DNA of 63,296 nucleotides, filler included, from Atractiella rhizophila (Eukaryota): NCBI GenBank assembly GCA_021432655.1. It is 5 parts of 5 records of this genome, joined end to end, with 100 filler letters (N's around TTAATTAATTAA, not from the genome) between each part and the next. Parts side by side here need not be neighbours in the genome. Positions count along the whole stretch, not along the records: positions 61,262 to 63,296 come from MU271858.1; 4 more parts are not named here. One strand, 5' to 3'. Shown piece by piece: positions 61,300 to 63,296 of this stretch (position 1 is its first letter; each line of letters starts with the position of its first letter). The notes under the pieces were generated by a model. It saw only the letters and a program-made list of their open reading frames with translations, ran no database searches and was not told where the DNA came from. The position numbers and the translations under genes were made by a program.

Positions 61300-63296
61300 T
61301 TACAAATCCTTATCTTTCGAGTCGAAGTCTTTCTTGTCTGGAGTACCGCTGCGCTCAGGATCTACATTCAAATTGCTGAGCGTCGCCCTAATGGCTTCGT
61401 CAAGGTCAACGTGGAACCATGGCCTATGTCACCTCATTAACCACGCAACGTCACGGAGAGGTGAAAGAAAAAGCGTACCGATCGACGCTCGTAATAGGGA
61501 CAAGTTTTGGGTTGAAATCCGAACCCTTAAAGCCTTCCTCAATGCCTGCGGTCCTATCCGTGCTCTTCCCATCCTCGCTTCCCTCACTGATGATGTGTCC
61601 TACCTCCGAAACGCTAAACATGGGCTTCGGCACTCCGCTCGCCCTCCCGAATCCGACGCTCGCCAAAGCCCTGCTGATCCACGGGCTCCTAATGTTCGCA
61701 AAGTGCCATTCCACAATATCCGGTGCAGCGTGACGATCGAGTTGTTTCCGGACGTCGACCAGGTTTTGGACGGAGGTGACATCGACGTGGGAGACGGTGG
61801 AGAAGTCGAGGATGATGGCTTTGAGGGTCGGACGGGTGTCTTTTGCAAGCTCTGCTGCGTCGATGTTCCGAGGGGTCTTGTCGTTCCACGCTCGGTCTCC
61901 AACTTTGGCGATGGCAGAGGTGGAAGTGATCCGTGTGACGCTTTTAATGTGGGCTACAATAGCATCCGTGTAATGACTAACGTTCGGGTAGATGGGCGAG
62001 TCTGTCCATCAACGGCATTATTAACAATTGCGCACCATCTAGGCATGAGGGTAGGGTTCAAAAGGCGTACCTCCAAACCGGAAGACGAATACTCCAGGGT
62101 GAGGAGTCTCCAGACTAATGAGAGGATTCGTTCCATCCCTCAATCCGACAGGCACGTAAACATTCCTATAATCGTTTCCATCGACAGATCTGATCCTCGC
62201 ACGAGCAAGGAAGTCTCCATGTGCCTTGGCGATTCTCCAGAGAAGGAGACCACCGGACAAACCAATAGTGACATAAATACCATTCTCGATCGTTGAGAAA
62301 ATGGTAACGCTGTGTAGCACGTTCAGTCAACTCGAGGGGAGAGGAGAGCAGTAGGGACGACGAACATGACACCAGCGAAGAAAATCACCACCTCCAAAGG
62401 ATTGACACGCCAGAAGGAGTAAAGGGTGTTAGGAGCAACGATAAGGTCTCCCACAGCATGAATGATGACGGCAGCGAGAGAGGCCTTAATCCCAACCGCA
62501 GTCCATCAGCACGCTTCGTAGACAAGGAAATAAGAAGAATAGTTACGTTGGGGATGTAGTAGAAGACGGCGGGGAGAGCATAGAGCGCCAAAACAACCAC
62601 GATACCAGTAATAACACCCGCAAGTGGGGTCCTGACGCCAGCTTTCGCCTTGATAGCAGTCCTACTGAACGATCCGGTGGCAGGATAAGCTCCAAAGAAG
62701 GGACCGAAGATGTTGGTTATTCCCAAAGCGACCAACTCCTGACTGGGGTTGATAACATAATTGTTGACCCTTCCAAAAGATTTCGAAATCGCTGTTCACT
62801 CATTCTGTTAATCCAGCCACAGTTTGAAGAGAAAAGAAACAAACCGATGTGTTCGATCAACAACACGATGGTCGCAGCGGGCAACTCAGTCGCGAAAGAC
62901 GTAATGAGATCCTTATCCAAAGCAGGGGCACCCATATGTTTGAAACCTCTAGGAACAGTGAGGAGGATGGAGAACTTGGGGTGCTTCCTCCTATCCTTAT
63001 TAACGAGCCACGAGACAAAGGTGTAGAGGAGGATGACGAAGACTGTCCTGAGGGTGTTGATGAAGAACCAGAGCTTCTGTTTCTGCGGGTACCGCTTCGA
63101 CATGAAGTTGCAGAAGAGTCGGATGGCGTAGAGGAGGAAGAGGGCGGTCAATCCCATCGCCGCGTTGATGTTGGTGTCCGGTAAATGCTTCAACGTGTTG
63201 ATGATTACTTTATACGTCGATGCGCGGGTGTCAAATAACTTATTAATCCCCAACATGGTTGGCGTTTGACCAGCAGCGATGTTGATAGCTGTATTC
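61300..63296 (-). CDS. SulP/SLC26 sulfate permease with STAS domain, 3' part (5' end outside window)
   Basis: AINIAAGQTPTMLGI, TIVLLIEHI, SKSFGRVNNYVINPSQELVALG, YPATGSFSRTAIKAKAGVRTPL; STAS LKAIILDFSTVSHVDVTSVQNLVD, EWHFANIRSPW; TAA 61300-61302. Confidence 0.93.

Noticed and set aside
61334..62296. 320-aa plus-strand ORF
   Set aside because: Antisense shadow of the sulfate permease exons; no motif of its own.

Overview
Eukaryotic fungal DNA, most likely a basidiomycete (many ~50-60 nt GT-AG introns, basidiomycete-type Snf5). It consists of five contigs joined by artificial 100-nt N linkers carrying TTAATTAATTAA, so adjacency across 19206-19305, 43900-43999, 58747-58846 and 61162-61261 is not established. 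Recognisable genes: two Zn(II)2Cys6 transcription factors, an LtrA-family membrane protein, a GT32 mannosyltransferase, a SnoaL/NTF2-like protein, a perilipin-like protein, SNF5, ERD1, ARP3, CPA2 (3' part), a cupin, a small secreted Cys-rich protein, a patatin pseudogene, RVB2, RER1 and a SulP/SLC26 sulfate permease (3' part). 19.3-35.6 kb is a nested transposon cluster: two Ty1/copia families, a chromodomain Ty3/gypsy element and a hAT remnant. Main observations: (1) a ~9.7 kb inversion with both reciprocal junctions readable at an ATTTTT(T)CTT microhomology, splitting the gypsy gag; (2) inside it, a second ~1.4 kb inversion of a copia RT between 75-bp inverted repeats; (3) an inverted, intron-containing pseudogene copy of the LtrA gene just downstream of that gene, which could form hairpin RNA; (4) a double Gcn4/AP-1 palindrome in one LTR family; (5) two contrasting C-to-T mutation signatures; (6) two distant members of an apparently uncharacterised beta-rich protein family, one with a segment resembling a pore-forming hairpin. 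All calls are by eye, without database searches; exon boundaries are approximate.
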